This document shows, one piece after another, positions 33,497 to 43,616 of a stretch of 56,749 nucleotides of DNA. Where the stretch lies: assembly GCA_035279545.1 (NCBI GenBank), contig DATEHM010000235.1, positions 1-56,749 of the forward strand, in the 5' to 3' direction. This DNA is from a bacterium. GTDB lineage: Bacteria; Sysuimicrobiota; Sysuimicrobiia; Sysuimicrobiales; Segetimicrobiaceae. The translations under genes were made by a program, and so were the position numbers. The notes beneath the pieces were generated by a model, which saw nothing but the letters and a program-made list of their open reading frames with translations, had not been told where the DNA came from and searched no databases. Position 1 is the first letter of the stretch. Each line of letters opens with the position of its first letter.

Positions 33497-34767
33497 TGCC
33501 GGAGGCTGTTCGCGATCTCCAGGCTGCCGAGGGGGAGGAACGCCTGCTCCTGGTTGCGCTGTTCCTGTTCGCCCTCCTCGTCCGCGTCATCATGATCGCG
33601 CAGACCATCGGGTTCCACACTCCCGGCACGGCGGAACCGGCGGCCGACAGTCGAATCCACTTAGCGCTCGTCCAGAGCCTCCTGACGCACCACGGGTACA
33701 GCCTCAACGGGCGCCCCACCGCGATCACGCCGCCGCTCTATGTGTTTTTTCTCGCGAGCCTCTACCGGGCATCCGCTGACCCAGCCCTGGTCCGCTTCGT
33801 CCAGGCGTTCTTGGGTGCGATGGGATGTGTCCTGCTGTATGCGATCGGCCGCAGGCTTGTGGGCCCAACAACCGGCGTCGTCGCCGCGGTGATCTTGGGC
33901 CTGCACCCGCTGATCGCGTATCTCGCCGGGCTCCACCTGACCGAGAATCTCTTCTTATTCCTCCTCTTGCTCGTGCTGCTCCAGTCGCAGCGGGTGGCGG
34001 AGCGTCCGACCCCGCTCGCCGTTGCCGGCCTGGGAGGGTTGTTTGGGCTGGCGACCCTGACCCGTGCGGTGTTCTTGGGGTTTCTGCCCTTCGTCCTGGT
34101 GTGGGCGATCGGTCTGTGGGGGTGGCGCAACCCCGTCGGCTACCGGGTGTTCGCGTTGGTGGCGGTCGCCGCGGCGATCGTGATTCTTCCCTGGACTGTG
34201 CGGAATTACGTCGCCTTGGGCGCGCTGGTCCCGGTCCAGGGCAACGGGGGCATGGTCTTCTGGGCGGGGAACAACCCCCGGTCCGACGGCCAAATGGTCT
34301 GGCCGACGGGCCAGACCTGGGCGGACGGCCCCCCGCCTGACGACGGCATGTACGGGTGGCGGGGGGTGGGCCCGGCGGAGGAGAACCGGCGGTACGTGGG
34401 GGCGGCGGTGTCGTGGATTCGTCATCATCCGCGAGACTATCTACGGTTGCTGGCCCACAAACTTGAGCGGCTCTATGGGTTTTCGCGCGCCGCCGACGCA
34501 CGCGAGCTTGCCGTGCCGTTTGCGGTGATCGCCTTTCACGTGGGGTTGTTGGTGGCCGCCCTCGGCGGCCTCGTGGTCACGGTCAGGCGGTGGAAGAGCG
34601 TCGCGCTGCTGCTGGGGCTGATTGTGTTTACGAATCTGACCGCCCTGCTGTTCAGCGGGGGCACCCGCTACAGCGTTCCGATGATGCCGAGCCTGATCAT
34701 TCTCGCCGCCGCCGCCCTGACGACCGCTTGGAGCGCGTCGATGCGACCGCTGGGGGCCACGCGATGA
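33496..34767 (+). CDS. GT-C fold glycosyltransferase, family 39 / ArnT-PMT-like
   Basis: Polytopic membrane protein. An Asp-containing first loop (AADSRIH) is followed by TPPLYVFFLASLY, and there is a large C-terminal region. TGATG overlap with the upstream gene. Confidence 0.7.
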   Translation: MPEAVRDLQAAEGEERLLLVALFLFALLVRVIMIAQTIGFHTPGTAEPAADSRIHLALVQSLLTHHGYSLNGRPTAITPPLYVFFLASLYRASADPALVRFVQAFLGAMGCVLLYAIGRRLVGPTTGVVAAVILGLHPLIAYLAGLHLTENLFLFLLLLVLLQSQRVAERPTPLAVAGLGGLFGLATLTRAVFLGFLPFVLVWAIGLWGWRNPVGYRVFALVAVAAAIVILPWTVRNYVALGALVPVQGNGGMVFWAGNNPRSDGQMVWPTGQTWADGPPPDDGMYGWRGVGPAEENRRYVGAAVSWIRHHPRDYLRLLAHKLERLYGFSRAADARELAVPFAVIAFHVGLLVAALGGLVVTVRRWKSVALLLGLIVFTNLTALLFSGGTRYSVPMMPSLIILAAAALTTAWSASMRPLGATR

Positions 34768-36113
34768 GCTTTCCCGCGGCCGGATCGCCCGAGTTGCTCC
34801 TCCTGGGGACGGTGTACACGCTGCTCGCGTTTGTGAGCCCGAAGCTGGCGCTTTTCGCCATCCTCCCCGTGATCGCGTTGGCCCCGGAGACGCAGATCGG
34901 GCAGGTGTTGATCCGCCCCGATGACCTCATGATCGCGATCCTGGCGGTCTCCTGGGGGCTCCGGCGGCTCATGAACTCGGTCCGGGACGCCGCCCCGCTG
35001 GACCAGCCCCTGGTCTGGTACTTCATCGTCGGGCTGGCGGCGACGTTGTGGGGCGCAGCGATCGGGACCGCCGATCTCACCTCGCTTTCGAAATTTTCGG
35101 CGTCGGGGCTGCATCTGCTGAAGCGGCTGGAGTTTGTCCTGTTCTTCTTCATCATCAAGGACACGATTCGATCGATCGCCGATGCCCGGCGGCTCGTCTC
35201 CATGTTCATGATCAGCCTGATCGGGTTGAGCCTCTATGCCTTCGGCAGCTTTCGACAGACCGGGACGATCGCGCTCGGCCCCAGCGGCACGCCCATTCAC
35301 GAACCCGGCCTCGCCTCTATGCTCAATGTGGCCCTGGCCCTCGGATTCTTGACCGACTCCGGGGGGATTGGCCGGTCCTGGGTCATGAACGCGGTCCTGC
35401 TGGGCTCTCTCTACACGCTCCCCTTCGGGTTGGGGCGAAACTACCTGGCGGCGACCCTGTTGATGCTGCTCATCGTGGCGGTGTGCCGGAAGCGTTCGGG
35501 GTTGCTGTTTCTGCCGGTGAGCGCCCTGGTGCTCTCGCTGGTGGCCGGTTTTGTCCTCTACCCACAGAATGTGACCCAGCGGTTCCTGACCTTGGAATCC
35601 GCCCTGGGGGGATCTCCCCAGGCCAGCGCGCAGGGGGTGTCCCTGGTCGATCGGCTCACGCCTGGGATCCAGCACGGGTGGGCGGTGCTCACTTCCTCGC
35701 CGCTCCTGGGCTGGGGGCTTGGGAGCGTCGCGCTGGGGAGTATCGACAGCGAGTATGCCGGCCAGTTCGTCTACACCGGAATCGTCGGGTTTCTGGTGTT
35801 CGTCTGGGTTGTCCGCCGCATCGCCCGGACGGCCCGCGAAACGTACCGGACCGCGAGAGACACGGGCTCTCCGGCGCTGCCGCTGATTGCCGGGCTGCAA
35901 TACTGTCTCCTCGGCTATGCGTTGTACAGTCTCTTTAGCCCGTCGATCTCCGCCGCGCGTGCCGGCGCGTTCTTTTTTACGATTCTCGGTCTCGTCGCGG
36001 TCCTGTACCGGGAGGTGGCGATGGCCGGTGTCCAGCAGACGGCACCGGAAGAGGAGGCCGCCGGATCGCAGGTCGGTCCACTTGGTGTTCCCTCGCCGGA
36101 GTGGACGGTGTGA
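34764..36113 (+). CDS. O-antigen ligase/polymerase family (Wzy_C-like) membrane protein
   Basis: About 10 or more TM segments and a loop SPLLGWGLGSVALGSIDSEYAGQFVYTGIVGF resembling the Wzy_C motif. ATGA overlap with the upstream gene. Confidence 0.7.
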   Translation: MSFPAAGSPELLLLGTVYTLLAFVSPKLALFAILPVIALAPETQIGQVLIRPDDLMIAILAVSWGLRRLMNSVRDAAPLDQPLVWYFIVGLAATLWGAAIGTADLTSLSKFSASGLHLLKRLEFVLFFFIIKDTIRSIADARRLVSMFMISLIGLSLYAFGSFRQTGTIALGPSGTPIHEPGLASMLNVALALGFLTDSGGIGRSWVMNAVLLGSLYTLPFGLGRNYLAATLLMLLIVAVCRKRSGLLFLPVSALVLSLVAGFVLYPQNVTQRFLTLESALGGSPQASAQGVSLVDRLTPGIQHGWAVLTSSPLLGWGLGSVALGSIDSEYAGQFVYTGIVGFLVFVWVVRRIARTARETYRTARDTGSPALPLIAGLQYCLLGYALYSLFSPSISAARAGAFFFTILGLVAVLYREVAMAGVQQTAPEEEAAGSQVGPLGVPSPEWTV

Positions 36114-36174
36114 TGCCAGAAATGAGCGCGCAGGAGCCGGCCAGAGGCACGATGCAAGAGAGGAGCTCAGAAAG

Positions 36175-36999
36175 ATGATCGAACTCGTTATCGAGAGCAA
36201 CCGCAGGGCCTCGCTCGCGCAGGCGCTGCGCGAGCTGTGGACCTTTCGCGTCGTCGCTTGGGCGTTCGCGGAACGCAACGTTCGGCTGAAATATAAGCAG
36301 GCCGTGCTCGGGGTCGCCTGGGCGATCATTCAGCCGCTGTCGTTTCTGGCGGTCTTCGTCGTCCTCTTTGGACGCTTCGCCAAGATCGGAGGCGGGGCCA
36401 CGTCCTATCCCGCGTTTGCCCTCTCGTCACTGATCCCCTGGACCTTCCTGCAGACCGCAGCGGCCTTCGGCGCCGGGGCGCTTTTGATGGACGGCTCCCT
36501 CGTGAAGAAAGTGTACTTCGCCAGGGAAGCCCCGGTGCTGGGAGCCGTCCTCGGCACCGGCCTGGACTTCGCCATTGGACTTGGCATGATGCTGATCCTG
36601 GGGCCGTTTCTCGGGATGCACTTCACCTGGTATCTCCTGCTGGCGATCCCGCTGTGGGGGCTGCTGTTCCTGCTGGCCTCCGGCATCGCGCTGGCGATGG
36701 CTGCGCTCACCGTGTACTATCGCGACTTCCGGTACGCCCTGCCGCTGTTCATCCAGCTCTGGATGTTTGCCAGCCCCGTCGCCTACCCGGTGACCGCGGT
36801 GCCGGAGCGATGGAGAACCGTGTTCGTCCTGGTCAATCCGGCCGCTGGCATCCTCGAGGGGTTTCGCCGGGTTCTTGCCCTGGGGCAGCCCCCCGACTTC
36901 GCGCTCCTCGCCTTCAGCGGTGCGGCGTCGCTGCTGGTGGCCTGGCTCGGATACAAGTTGTTCAAATACCTGGAGCCCGGGTTTGCGGATGTGGTGTAA
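36175..36999 (+). CDS. ABC-2 type polysaccharide export permease (Wzm/TagG-like)
   Basis: Motif LRELWTFRVVAWAFAERNVRLKYKQAVLGVAWAIIQPL, typical of the Wzm N-terminus, and 6 TM segments. AGAGGAG lies upstream of ATG 36175. Confidence 0.88.
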   Translation: MIELVIESNRRASLAQALRELWTFRVVAWAFAERNVRLKYKQAVLGVAWAIIQPLSFLAVFVVLFGRFAKIGGGATSYPAFALSSLIPWTFLQTAAAFGAGALLMDGSLVKKVYFAREAPVLGAVLGTGLDFAIGLGMMLILGPFLGMHFTWYLLLAIPLWGLLFLLASGIALAMAALTVYYRDFRYALPLFIQLWMFASPVAYPVTAVPERWRTVFVLVNPAAGILEGFRRVLALGQPPDFALLAFSGAASLLVAWLGYKLFKYLEPGFADVV

Positions 37000-37002
37000 A
37001 CG

Positions 37003-38316
37003 ATGAGCTGGGCCGTTCGGTTCGAGAACGTCGGCAAGTGGTACCGCGGCATGACCGGCCCGCGGTATCCGGTGTTGCGTGATGACATCGTGCGAATCGG
37101 CCGGCGGTTGCTGCCGTGGAACCGCGCCAGGGAGGCGACCAGAACCTCCGGCGGTTGGGCGCTGGACGATGTGTCGTTTGAGGTCGGACGGGGGGAGTCC
37201 TTCGCCCTCATCGGCCCGAACGGCGCGGGAAAGACCACGGCGCTCAAAATGCTGACACGGATCTCCTACCCGACCAAAGGGCGGGTGCGCGTGCGCGGCC
37301 GGGTGGCCGCCCTGATCGATGTGGGCGCGGGGATCCACCCCGAACTCACCGGCCGGGAGAACATCTGGCTGTACGGCCGGATCATGGGGATGTCTCCCGC
37401 GGAGTTGCGGCGCCGGTTTGACGAGATCGTGGATTTCTCAGAGATCAGCGAGGCGCTGGACAGGCCGGTGAAGATGTACTCCAGCGGAATGCAGCTGCGG
37501 TTGGGGTTTTCGGTCGCCAGCCACCTCGATCCCGACATCTTTGTCATCGATGAGGCACTGGCCGTGGGCGACGCCGGGTTTCAGGCGAAGTGCGTCGAGC
37601 GAATGATGCACCTGGTGAGCAAGGGCTTGACGCTCCTGTTCGTCTCCCACAATCTCACCGCGGTGGAGGCGATCTGCCCGCGCGGGCTCTTCCTCTTGGA
37701 CGGTCGGGTTCAAGCGATGGGTGAGACCCGCGGCGTGATCCGCACCTATCTGGACTGGGTGGACACTCGCCAGATGGCCCGGGTCGGCCGCGAGTTCCAG
37801 CCCCGCCCTTCGCGGTTCCTGACGGTCGAGCGGGTATCGTACCATGACGCGCTAGGTGTGGAACGGGCCGCGTTCCAAACCGGCGAGGAGATGGAGATCC
37901 GCCTGACCGTTCACGCAGAGGTCCCGCTGCCCCGCCCCTGTTTCAGCGTCGGCATCAGCCGCGGGGGCCCCAGCACGCTCATCGCCTGCTCGATGCTGGC
38001 GGACGGCCAGATCCCTGACCTGATCGAGGGCCGGTGCGAGGTGTCGTGCGTCATTCCGCGGTTGCCGCTGATGCCGAGCGTGTATCAGACGTGGTGCTCG
38101 GTCGTGAACAGCCACGCCTACGGCGACCTGCTGGATTGGCAGCCGATTGGTGCCTTCCGGGTGTCCAAGGGGCCGGACTGGCAGGACGGTCCGGCGCTGA
38201 TGGGCTCGTGGATCGACAGCCCGGTCTATACGGACTATCAGTGGCGGTGGAAGAAAGCCCCGTCCGGCGCGCCGGTCGACGATGCTGCCGCCCCGGAGGG
38301 CGCGCCCGCGCCGTAA
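37003..38316 (+). CDS. Polysaccharide ABC exporter ATP-binding protein with C-terminal glycan-binding-type domain (Wzt/TagH-like)
   Basis: Walker A GPNGAGKTTAL, signature YSSGMQLRLGFS and Walker B FVIDEALAVGD, plus a ~170-aa beta-rich C-terminal extension. Confidence 0.88.
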   Translation: MSWAVRFENVGKWYRGMTGPRYPVLRDDIVRIGRRLLPWNRAREATRTSGGWALDDVSFEVGRGESFALIGPNGAGKTTALKMLTRISYPTKGRVRVRGRVAALIDVGAGIHPELTGRENIWLYGRIMGMSPAELRRRFDEIVDFSEISEALDRPVKMYSSGMQLRLGFSVASHLDPDIFVIDEALAVGDAGFQAKCVERMMHLVSKGLTLLFVSHNLTAVEAICPRGLFLLDGRVQAMGETRGVIRTYLDWVDTRQMARVGREFQPRPSRFLTVERVSYHDALGVERAAFQTGEEMEIRLTVHAEVPLPRPCFSVGISRGGPSTLIACSMLADGQIPDLIEGRCEVSCVIPRLPLMPSVYQTWCSVVNSHAYGDLLDWQPIGAFRVSKGPDWQDGPALMGSWIDSPVYTDYQWRWKKAPSGAPVDDAAAPEGAPAP

Positions 38317-38318
38317 GA

Positions 38319-39035
38319 ATGTGGATCCGCAGGTTGGTCGAGACGGTCGCCCGCAAGGCCCCTCGAGAGATGGACACTCGCCGATGCCTGATCCTGGCCC
38401 CCCATCAGGATGACGAGGTCCTGGGGTGTGGGGGCACGATCGCCCGGAAGGTGCGGAAAGGCACCCAGGTCTCCATCGCGTTCATGACCGATGGCCGGCG
38501 TGGTGTCCCCGCGGCGGCCGAGGAGGCCAGGATCCTGCGCGAGGGAGAGGCCCTCGACGCCGCCGAAATCTTGGGGGTGCCCCGCGCACGCCTCGCCTTT
38601 CTTCGATACGAGGACCGCCGGCTGAGCGAACACGTCGACGAAGCCACCCAGGCCGTCCGGCAGATGGTGAGCGCCCTCGGCGTGGAGGAGTTGTTCGTTC
38701 CGTACCGCAAGGATTTTCACCCGGATCACATCGCCACCTGGCAGATCGGTCGGGCCAGCTGCCCTCCCGGGGGACGGCTGTACGAGTACCCGATCTGGTA
38801 CGGCCCATGGATCTGGAATCGACTTCGGGGCTGGTCCCGAGTGGCTGCGGCCTCGCAGCTCGCGGACAGCGTTCGTGGGGTCAAGGTCTGCGTGGCCGAT
38901 GTGGCGGCGATCAAACGGCAGGCATTGGCGGCGTACCGGTCGCAGTTAACGGAATTTGAACCACTGGGCCCCTGGGGATCCCGTTTTCTGGAAGGGTTCT
39001 CCGGGAGCTATGAAGTCTTCTTCGTGCACCGATGA
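38319..39035 (+). CDS. PIG-L/LmbE family deacetylase (second copy)
   Basis: Motifs CLILAPHQDDEVLGCGGTIARK and HPDH. The start is trimmed to ATG 38319, 2 nt after the Wzt stop. Confidence 0.85.
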   Translation: MWIRRLVETVARKAPREMDTRRCLILAPHQDDEVLGCGGTIARKVRKGTQVSIAFMTDGRRGVPAAAEEARILREGEALDAAEILGVPRARLAFLRYEDRRLSEHVDEATQAVRQMVSALGVEELFVPYRKDFHPDHIATWQIGRASCPPGGRLYEYPIWYGPWIWNRLRGWSRVAAASQLADSVRGVKVCVADVAAIKRQALAAYRSQLTEFEPLGPWGSRFLEGFSGSYEVFFVHR

Positions 39036-40459
39036 GAATTCTCATCGTCGCGCACGACCATCCCTTCGTCCGCGGCAGCGGCGTGGGCGCCTACTGCGGC
39101 GATCTGGAGCGTGAGCTCTCGGCACGCGGGCACGACGTCTTCCATCTGTTTAGCTCGGAGCGAAGTTGGGGAATGCGCCCGCATCTGCGGTGGTCGGTGG
39201 ACCAGCGGATCACCTTTGCCAGTCTGGTGAACTCCCCGCTTCCCCCCGCCCTCGCTGCGGAGCGTCCGCTCTCGGACTGCATCCACCCCGAGGCGGAGCG
39301 TCTCTTTGAGGCCTGTGTGTCGCGGATCGCGCCGGACCTCGTGCACATTCACGCCTTCCAGGGTCTGTCCGGCTCGGTGCTCATCCTGGCCAAGCGCCGC
39401 GGGCTGCCCGTGATCGTCACGCTCCACGATTTTTGGGGGATCTGCGCGAGGGTGATCTTGCTTCGGGCAAACGGGGAACCCTGCTCCGGCCCGGATGGCG
39501 GACGAAACTGTGCGCGATTCTGCTCGGATCCCGGCCCGTTGGGCCGGAGACTCTATCGGCGCCTGGTGGCGCTGGCGCCGCCGGGGCGGGGGCTGGACCT
39601 CGTGGTGCGGGCCCGGTCTCGGCTCGCGCGGATGATGCCCGGCGATCACGCCCCCCGGACGGTCCCAGAGGCCCAATCGGTCGTCAACGGCCTCGGTGCG
39701 CTGACCGACATGAGGGCCCACGGGGCCCGCGCGACGTTCCTGCGCGAGATCATCCGGGAGGCCGACGCCGTTCTCGCGGTGTCGAACTTCGTGAAAGAGA
39801 CCTTTGTCCACAACGGGATGCCCGCGGAAAGGATTCAAGTCCTCCCCCTGGGGTTACGCCTGTCTGCGTCCATCGAGGGGCGGGTTCGCCGCGCCCGAGA
39901 TCCCCTGCGCATCGCGTTCCTCGGCCGTGTCGTGCCGCTCAAGGGCGCGTTCGTTCTCGCCCAGGCGGTTCGGGAGATCCCTCCGGAGCGGGCGCGGGTT
40001 CTTTTTTTCGGTCCGGCGAGCGCCGACACGATCACGAACCTCCAGGCGACCGCCGCGCGGCCGCTGGAGTTTCGCGGTCCCTACCGCGGGGAGGACCTCC
40101 CCGCGGTCCTGGACGAGGCGGACGTCGTCGTCGTGCCCACCCTCTTTCAGGAAACCGTGGGCCTGGCCGCGCTCGAGGCGCAGGCGGCGGGGCTCCCGGT
40201 GATCGCCTCCCGGACGGGAGCGGTCCCGGAGTATATCGAGGACGGAAGGAACGGCTTTCTCTTCGACTCGGGAAACCCGCAGGCTCTTCGCGCCAGCCTG
40301 CAGCGGTTTCTCGATGCTCCCGAACTGGTGGCCGAGATGTCCGGACGCGCGCGGCGGCCCATGACGATTGGCCGGCACGTCGACCTGCTGGCGGAGATCT
40401 ACCACCGGTATCTTCCCAGCCAGCCCAGGAGCACAGTGGATGCCACACCTTTCCTATGA
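39032..40459 (+). CDS. Glycosyltransferase family 4 (GT-B, retaining)
   Basis: N-terminus MRILIVAHD...GSGVGAY and C-terminal domain motif PTLFQETVGLAALEAQAAGLPVIASRTGAVPEYIEDGRNGFL. ATGA overlap with the upstream gene. Confidence 0.85.
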   Translation: MRILIVAHDHPFVRGSGVGAYCGDLERELSARGHDVFHLFSSERSWGMRPHLRWSVDQRITFASLVNSPLPPALAAERPLSDCIHPEAERLFEACVSRIAPDLVHIHAFQGLSGSVLILAKRRGLPVIVTLHDFWGICARVILLRANGEPCSGPDGGRNCARFCSDPGPLGRRLYRRLVALAPPGRGLDLVVRARSRLARMMPGDHAPRTVPEAQSVVNGLGALTDMRAHGARATFLREIIREADAVLAVSNFVKETFVHNGMPAERIQVLPLGLRLSASIEGRVRRARDPLRIAFLGRVVPLKGAFVLAQAVREIPPERARVLFFGPASADTITNLQATAARPLEFRGPYRGEDLPAVLDEADVVVVPTLFQETVGLAALEAQAAGLPVIASRTGAVPEYIEDGRNGFLFDSGNPQALRASLQRFLDAPELVAEMSGRARRPMTIGRHVDLLAEIYHRYLPSQPRSTVDATPFL

Positions 40460-41369
40460 CCTCACGATCATCATCGTCAACTGGAACACCCGGCAGCTGC
40501 TGCAGGGGTGCCTGACCTCTCTTCACCCGGTGCTCGCCAGTAGCCACCTCACGGTCGAAGTCATCGTGGTGGACAACGGATCCACGGATGGATCGCGGGA
40601 GATGGTGGCCGAGCAGTTCCCCCAGGTTCGGCTCATCGCCAACCACGAGAATCGACTGTACGCCGGAGCGAACAATCAGGGGATTGCCGCAGCGAAGGGG
40701 CGGTACCTCCTCCTCCTGAACTCGGATACGATCGTCAACCCGGGGGCCCTTGAGGTGATGATCCGCCGGCTCGATGCCAATCCGAAGCTTGCCGGCGTCG
40801 CTCCGAAGTTGCTGAATCCCGACGGCACGATCCAGCGCTCCTGCTGGCCGTTTCCGTTGAAGGCGGCGCTTGGCAATGCCTTCGGTCTATACAGTCTTGG
40901 GGTCCTTGACGACTATCGCTCCTGGGATCACCGGTACGACCGCCTGGTGGACTGGCTCTCCTCCGCCTGCCTGATGGTGCCGCGGCGGGTCTTTGACGAT
41001 GTCGGCCTGCTCGACGAGCGCTTCTTCTACGGAGTGGATGTCGACTGGGCTCACCGGGCGGCGAAGGCCGGGTACCGCTTCATGGCTCTGGCGGATGCCG
41101 AGGTCGTGCACCTCGGGAAGGGAAGCCAGCGGGGAGTCGCGGTCCCGTTCCTGACCGACGGCCCGACCGGCGGCCCCCTCTACTTTCGGACGCATTACGG
41201 GGGCCTTGGGGTTCTGCTCTTTCGCACGCTCCTGGTCATCGGCAGCCTGCCGCGCTGGCTGGTGTGGGAGGTCATTCACCGCTGGAAGCCGAGCCGGGAA
41301 GCGAATGATCGTTGTGCGATGCTCCGGTACCTCGTCGCCTCCGCCCTGGGTCTGAGGGGAGCGCGCTGA
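40440..41369 (+). CDS. Glycosyltransferase family 2
   Basis: Motifs LTIIIVNWNTRQLL, VIVVDNGSTDGS and LLLNSDT (DxD-like). Confidence 0.85.
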   Translation: MPHLSYDLTIIIVNWNTRQLLQGCLTSLHPVLASSHLTVEVIVVDNGSTDGSREMVAEQFPQVRLIANHENRLYAGANNQGIAAAKGRYLLLLNSDTIVNPGALEVMIRRLDANPKLAGVAPKLLNPDGTIQRSCWPFPLKAALGNAFGLYSLGVLDDYRSWDHRYDRLVDWLSSACLMVPRRVFDDVGLLDERFFYGVDVDWAHRAAKAGYRFMALADAEVVHLGKGSQRGVAVPFLTDGPTGGPLYFRTHYGGLGVLLFRTLLVIGSLPRWLVWEVIHRWKPSREANDRCAMLRYLVASALGLRGAR

Positions 41370-41474
41370 TGAGATCCGCACCGGCCCGACCGGGGTGCCG
41401 GGTTCGTGTTCGCCGCGCGGCGCGGATCGCGGCGGTGGAAGGCGTCGTCCGTGCGCGACGCTGAGGGTAGCGCG

Positions 41475-42470
41475 GTGTTCACCGAGTGTCGCTGCACCGT
41501 CGTGATCCTGAACTACAACAAACGGACGCTCCTCAGGCGCAACCTCGAGGTCGTCCGGGATGCCCGCGCCCTCCCCTATGACGTGGAGGTGGTCGTGGTC
41601 GATAACGCGTCAATTGATGGGAGCGCGGAGATGGTGCGCCAAGAGTTTCCCATGGTCCGACTGATCGCCAGCCCGCGCAACGTCGGGGTGGCGCAGGGGC
41701 GGAACCTCGGGCTTCTGGTGGCCAGGGGGGAGTACATCCTGTCGGTCGATGAGGACACCATCGTCACCCCTCAGCAGCTTGACCAGCTCATCGGCATCGC
41801 CGCGGCCCATCCAGACGCCGGCATCGTGGCGGGCATGAAAGTCCACGCCTCCGGCGCACCCCTGTACGATTACCACGTGCCCTCCCCCTCTACCCTCGGC
41901 GTCGGCTTCTTTCTCGTCAACGAACTATCCCTCATCGAGATGGGGCGGGCGCTGAAGCGCCTCCTGCGCCTGGGGGACCGGATCCCGCACCAGACCCGGG
42001 ATCTCGTCGAGATTCCGTATATCGGCGGAGGGATGATGCTTGTGCGGAGGCGGGCGTTTCAGGACGTCGGGCCGATGGATGACCGCCTCTTCATCTTTGG
42101 CGAGGATTTCGATTGGTGCTACCGATTTCGAAAGCAGGGGTGGAAGATTTTGTACGCGCCCCAGGTTCGGGTGCTCTCCGGATTCGGAGTCAACGCCACC
42201 CGGACGAGGCGGGCATCGCTGATCGCGCTGCAGAGCCGACGCCATCTCTTCGAGAAGCACGTCGGGCGGAAATATCTCCCGATCTACGTCCTGCTGGCCG
42301 GTGCCGGACTGCTGCCCAAGTTGGCCTACTACCTCGGCCGCAGCGTTCGCGGGCGCGCCCCCCAGGACATCTCGATCTGGGAGTGGTTCTGCCAGGCGCT
42401 GCGGTGCATCGTGGGGAGAGGACCGCGGACGTGGACAGACCCGCCCTCCGGATCACCGCATGTTCCCTAG
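41475..42470 (+). CDS. Glycosyltransferase family 2
   Basis: Motifs CTVVILNYNKRTLL, VVVVDNASIDGS and LSVDEDT. GTG 41475 has GAGGG upstream; the track start 41406 is an alternative. Confidence 0.82.
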   Translation: MFTECRCTVVILNYNKRTLLRRNLEVVRDARALPYDVEVVVVDNASIDGSAEMVRQEFPMVRLIASPRNVGVAQGRNLGLLVARGEYILSVDEDTIVTPQQLDQLIGIAAAHPDAGIVAGMKVHASGAPLYDYHVPSPSTLGVGFFLVNELSLIEMGRALKRLLRLGDRIPHQTRDLVEIPYIGGGMMLVRRRAFQDVGPMDDRLFIFGEDFDWCYRFRKQGWKILYAPQVRVLSGFGVNATRTRRASLIALQSRRHLFEKHVGRKYLPIYVLLAGAGLLPKLAYYLGRSVRGRAPQDISIWEWFCQALRCIVGRGPRTWTDPPSGSPHVP

Positions 42471-43605
42471 CGTGATCCTGGTGACGAACGAGTACCCACC
42501 GGAAAAGGTTGCGGGCACCGCCGTCGCCACCCGGTTCCTTGCCGAGGAGCTGGCCGCGCGCGGCCACCGCGTCACCGTGGTCGTCAACACCCGCCGGGAC
42601 GCGGCGGCGAGCGAAACGGCGGGTTCGCTGGAAGTCATCCGCCTCCGCCCGATCGAACTCCCGGTGACGCGGATGGCTCAGCGCGCCGCCCTGCTGGTGG
42701 GCATCGCGCGGCGGACCCGCCCGGACATCATCCAGGGGCAGTCGCTCTCCTGCGGGTTTCTGGCGCTCCTCGCCGCGCGTTCGCTGCGTCTGCCCGCGGT
42801 CGTGTACGTCCAAGGACTGGACTTGTACCAATCCGGTGCCTGGGCCCGGCGGACCTACATCCGGTGGGCCCTGCGCTCCTGTGACGGCGTGGTGGCCGTG
42901 ACCCCCGATCTCCAGGCGAGGGCCTTCGCCCTCTCCCGCCGCCGCGGCGAGGTCATCCCCCACGGTCTCAGGCGGCAGGAAACCGATGGGCTGGATCGGC
43001 AGACGGCGCGGACCCTCCTGGGCCTTCCCGCCGATGCCAGGATCGTGGTCTTCGTCGGGCGACTCATCCGGCTGAAGGGGGTCGCGCACCTCATCGGGGC
43101 GATGCCCCGCGTCCTCGCGCGATGCCCGGGGACGCGGCTGGTTCTCGTGGGCGACGGCGAGGAGCGATCCCGGCTCGAGGAGGCGGCCGGCGCTCTGCCC
43201 CCGGGGTGCGTGGCGTTTGCCGGCGCGCGCGAGCACGAAGAGGTGATCCGGTACATGCAGGCGGCGGATGTCTTCGTCCTGCCGAGTTTGATCGAGTCCT
43301 TTGGCATTGTGCTGGTGGAAGCGATGAGTTGCGGGCTCCCCATCGTCGCCTCGAACATCATGGGGATTCCTGCCGTCGTGGAAGATGGGGTGAACGGATT
43401 TCTGGTCCCCCCAGGCGATGAGGCCGCGCTCGCCGACCGGGTGATCCGGCTGTTGACGGATCCGGCGGCGTCGGCCGCAATTTCGGCGGTCAACCTCCGC
43501 ACCGCCGCGACCTATGCCCTGCCCCGCGTCGCCGATCGGTTTCTCAAACTGTGGGGGGAGATCATCGCCTCGCGCCGTCTCCCGGAATCCTGGGCGCGGA
43601 GCTGA
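42460..43605 (+). CDS. Glycosyltransferase family 4
   Basis: Motifs VILVTNEYPPEKVAGTAV and PSLIESFGIVLVEAMSCGLPIVASNIMGIPAVVEDGVNGFLV. Confidence 0.85.
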   Translation: MFPSVILVTNEYPPEKVAGTAVATRFLAEELAARGHRVTVVVNTRRDAAASETAGSLEVIRLRPIELPVTRMAQRAALLVGIARRTRPDIIQGQSLSCGFLALLAARSLRLPAVVYVQGLDLYQSGAWARRTYIRWALRSCDGVVAVTPDLQARAFALSRRRGEVIPHGLRRQETDGLDRQTARTLLGLPADARIVVFVGRLIRLKGVAHLIGAMPRVLARCPGTRLVLVGDGEERSRLEEAAGALPPGCVAFAGAREHEEVIRYMQAADVFVLPSLIESFGIVLVEAMSCGLPIVASNIMGIPAVVEDGVNGFLVPPGDEAALADRVIRLLTDPAASAAISAVNLRTAATYALPRVADRFLKLWGEIIASRRLPESWARS

Positions 43606-43616
43606 GCGACGGAGCT

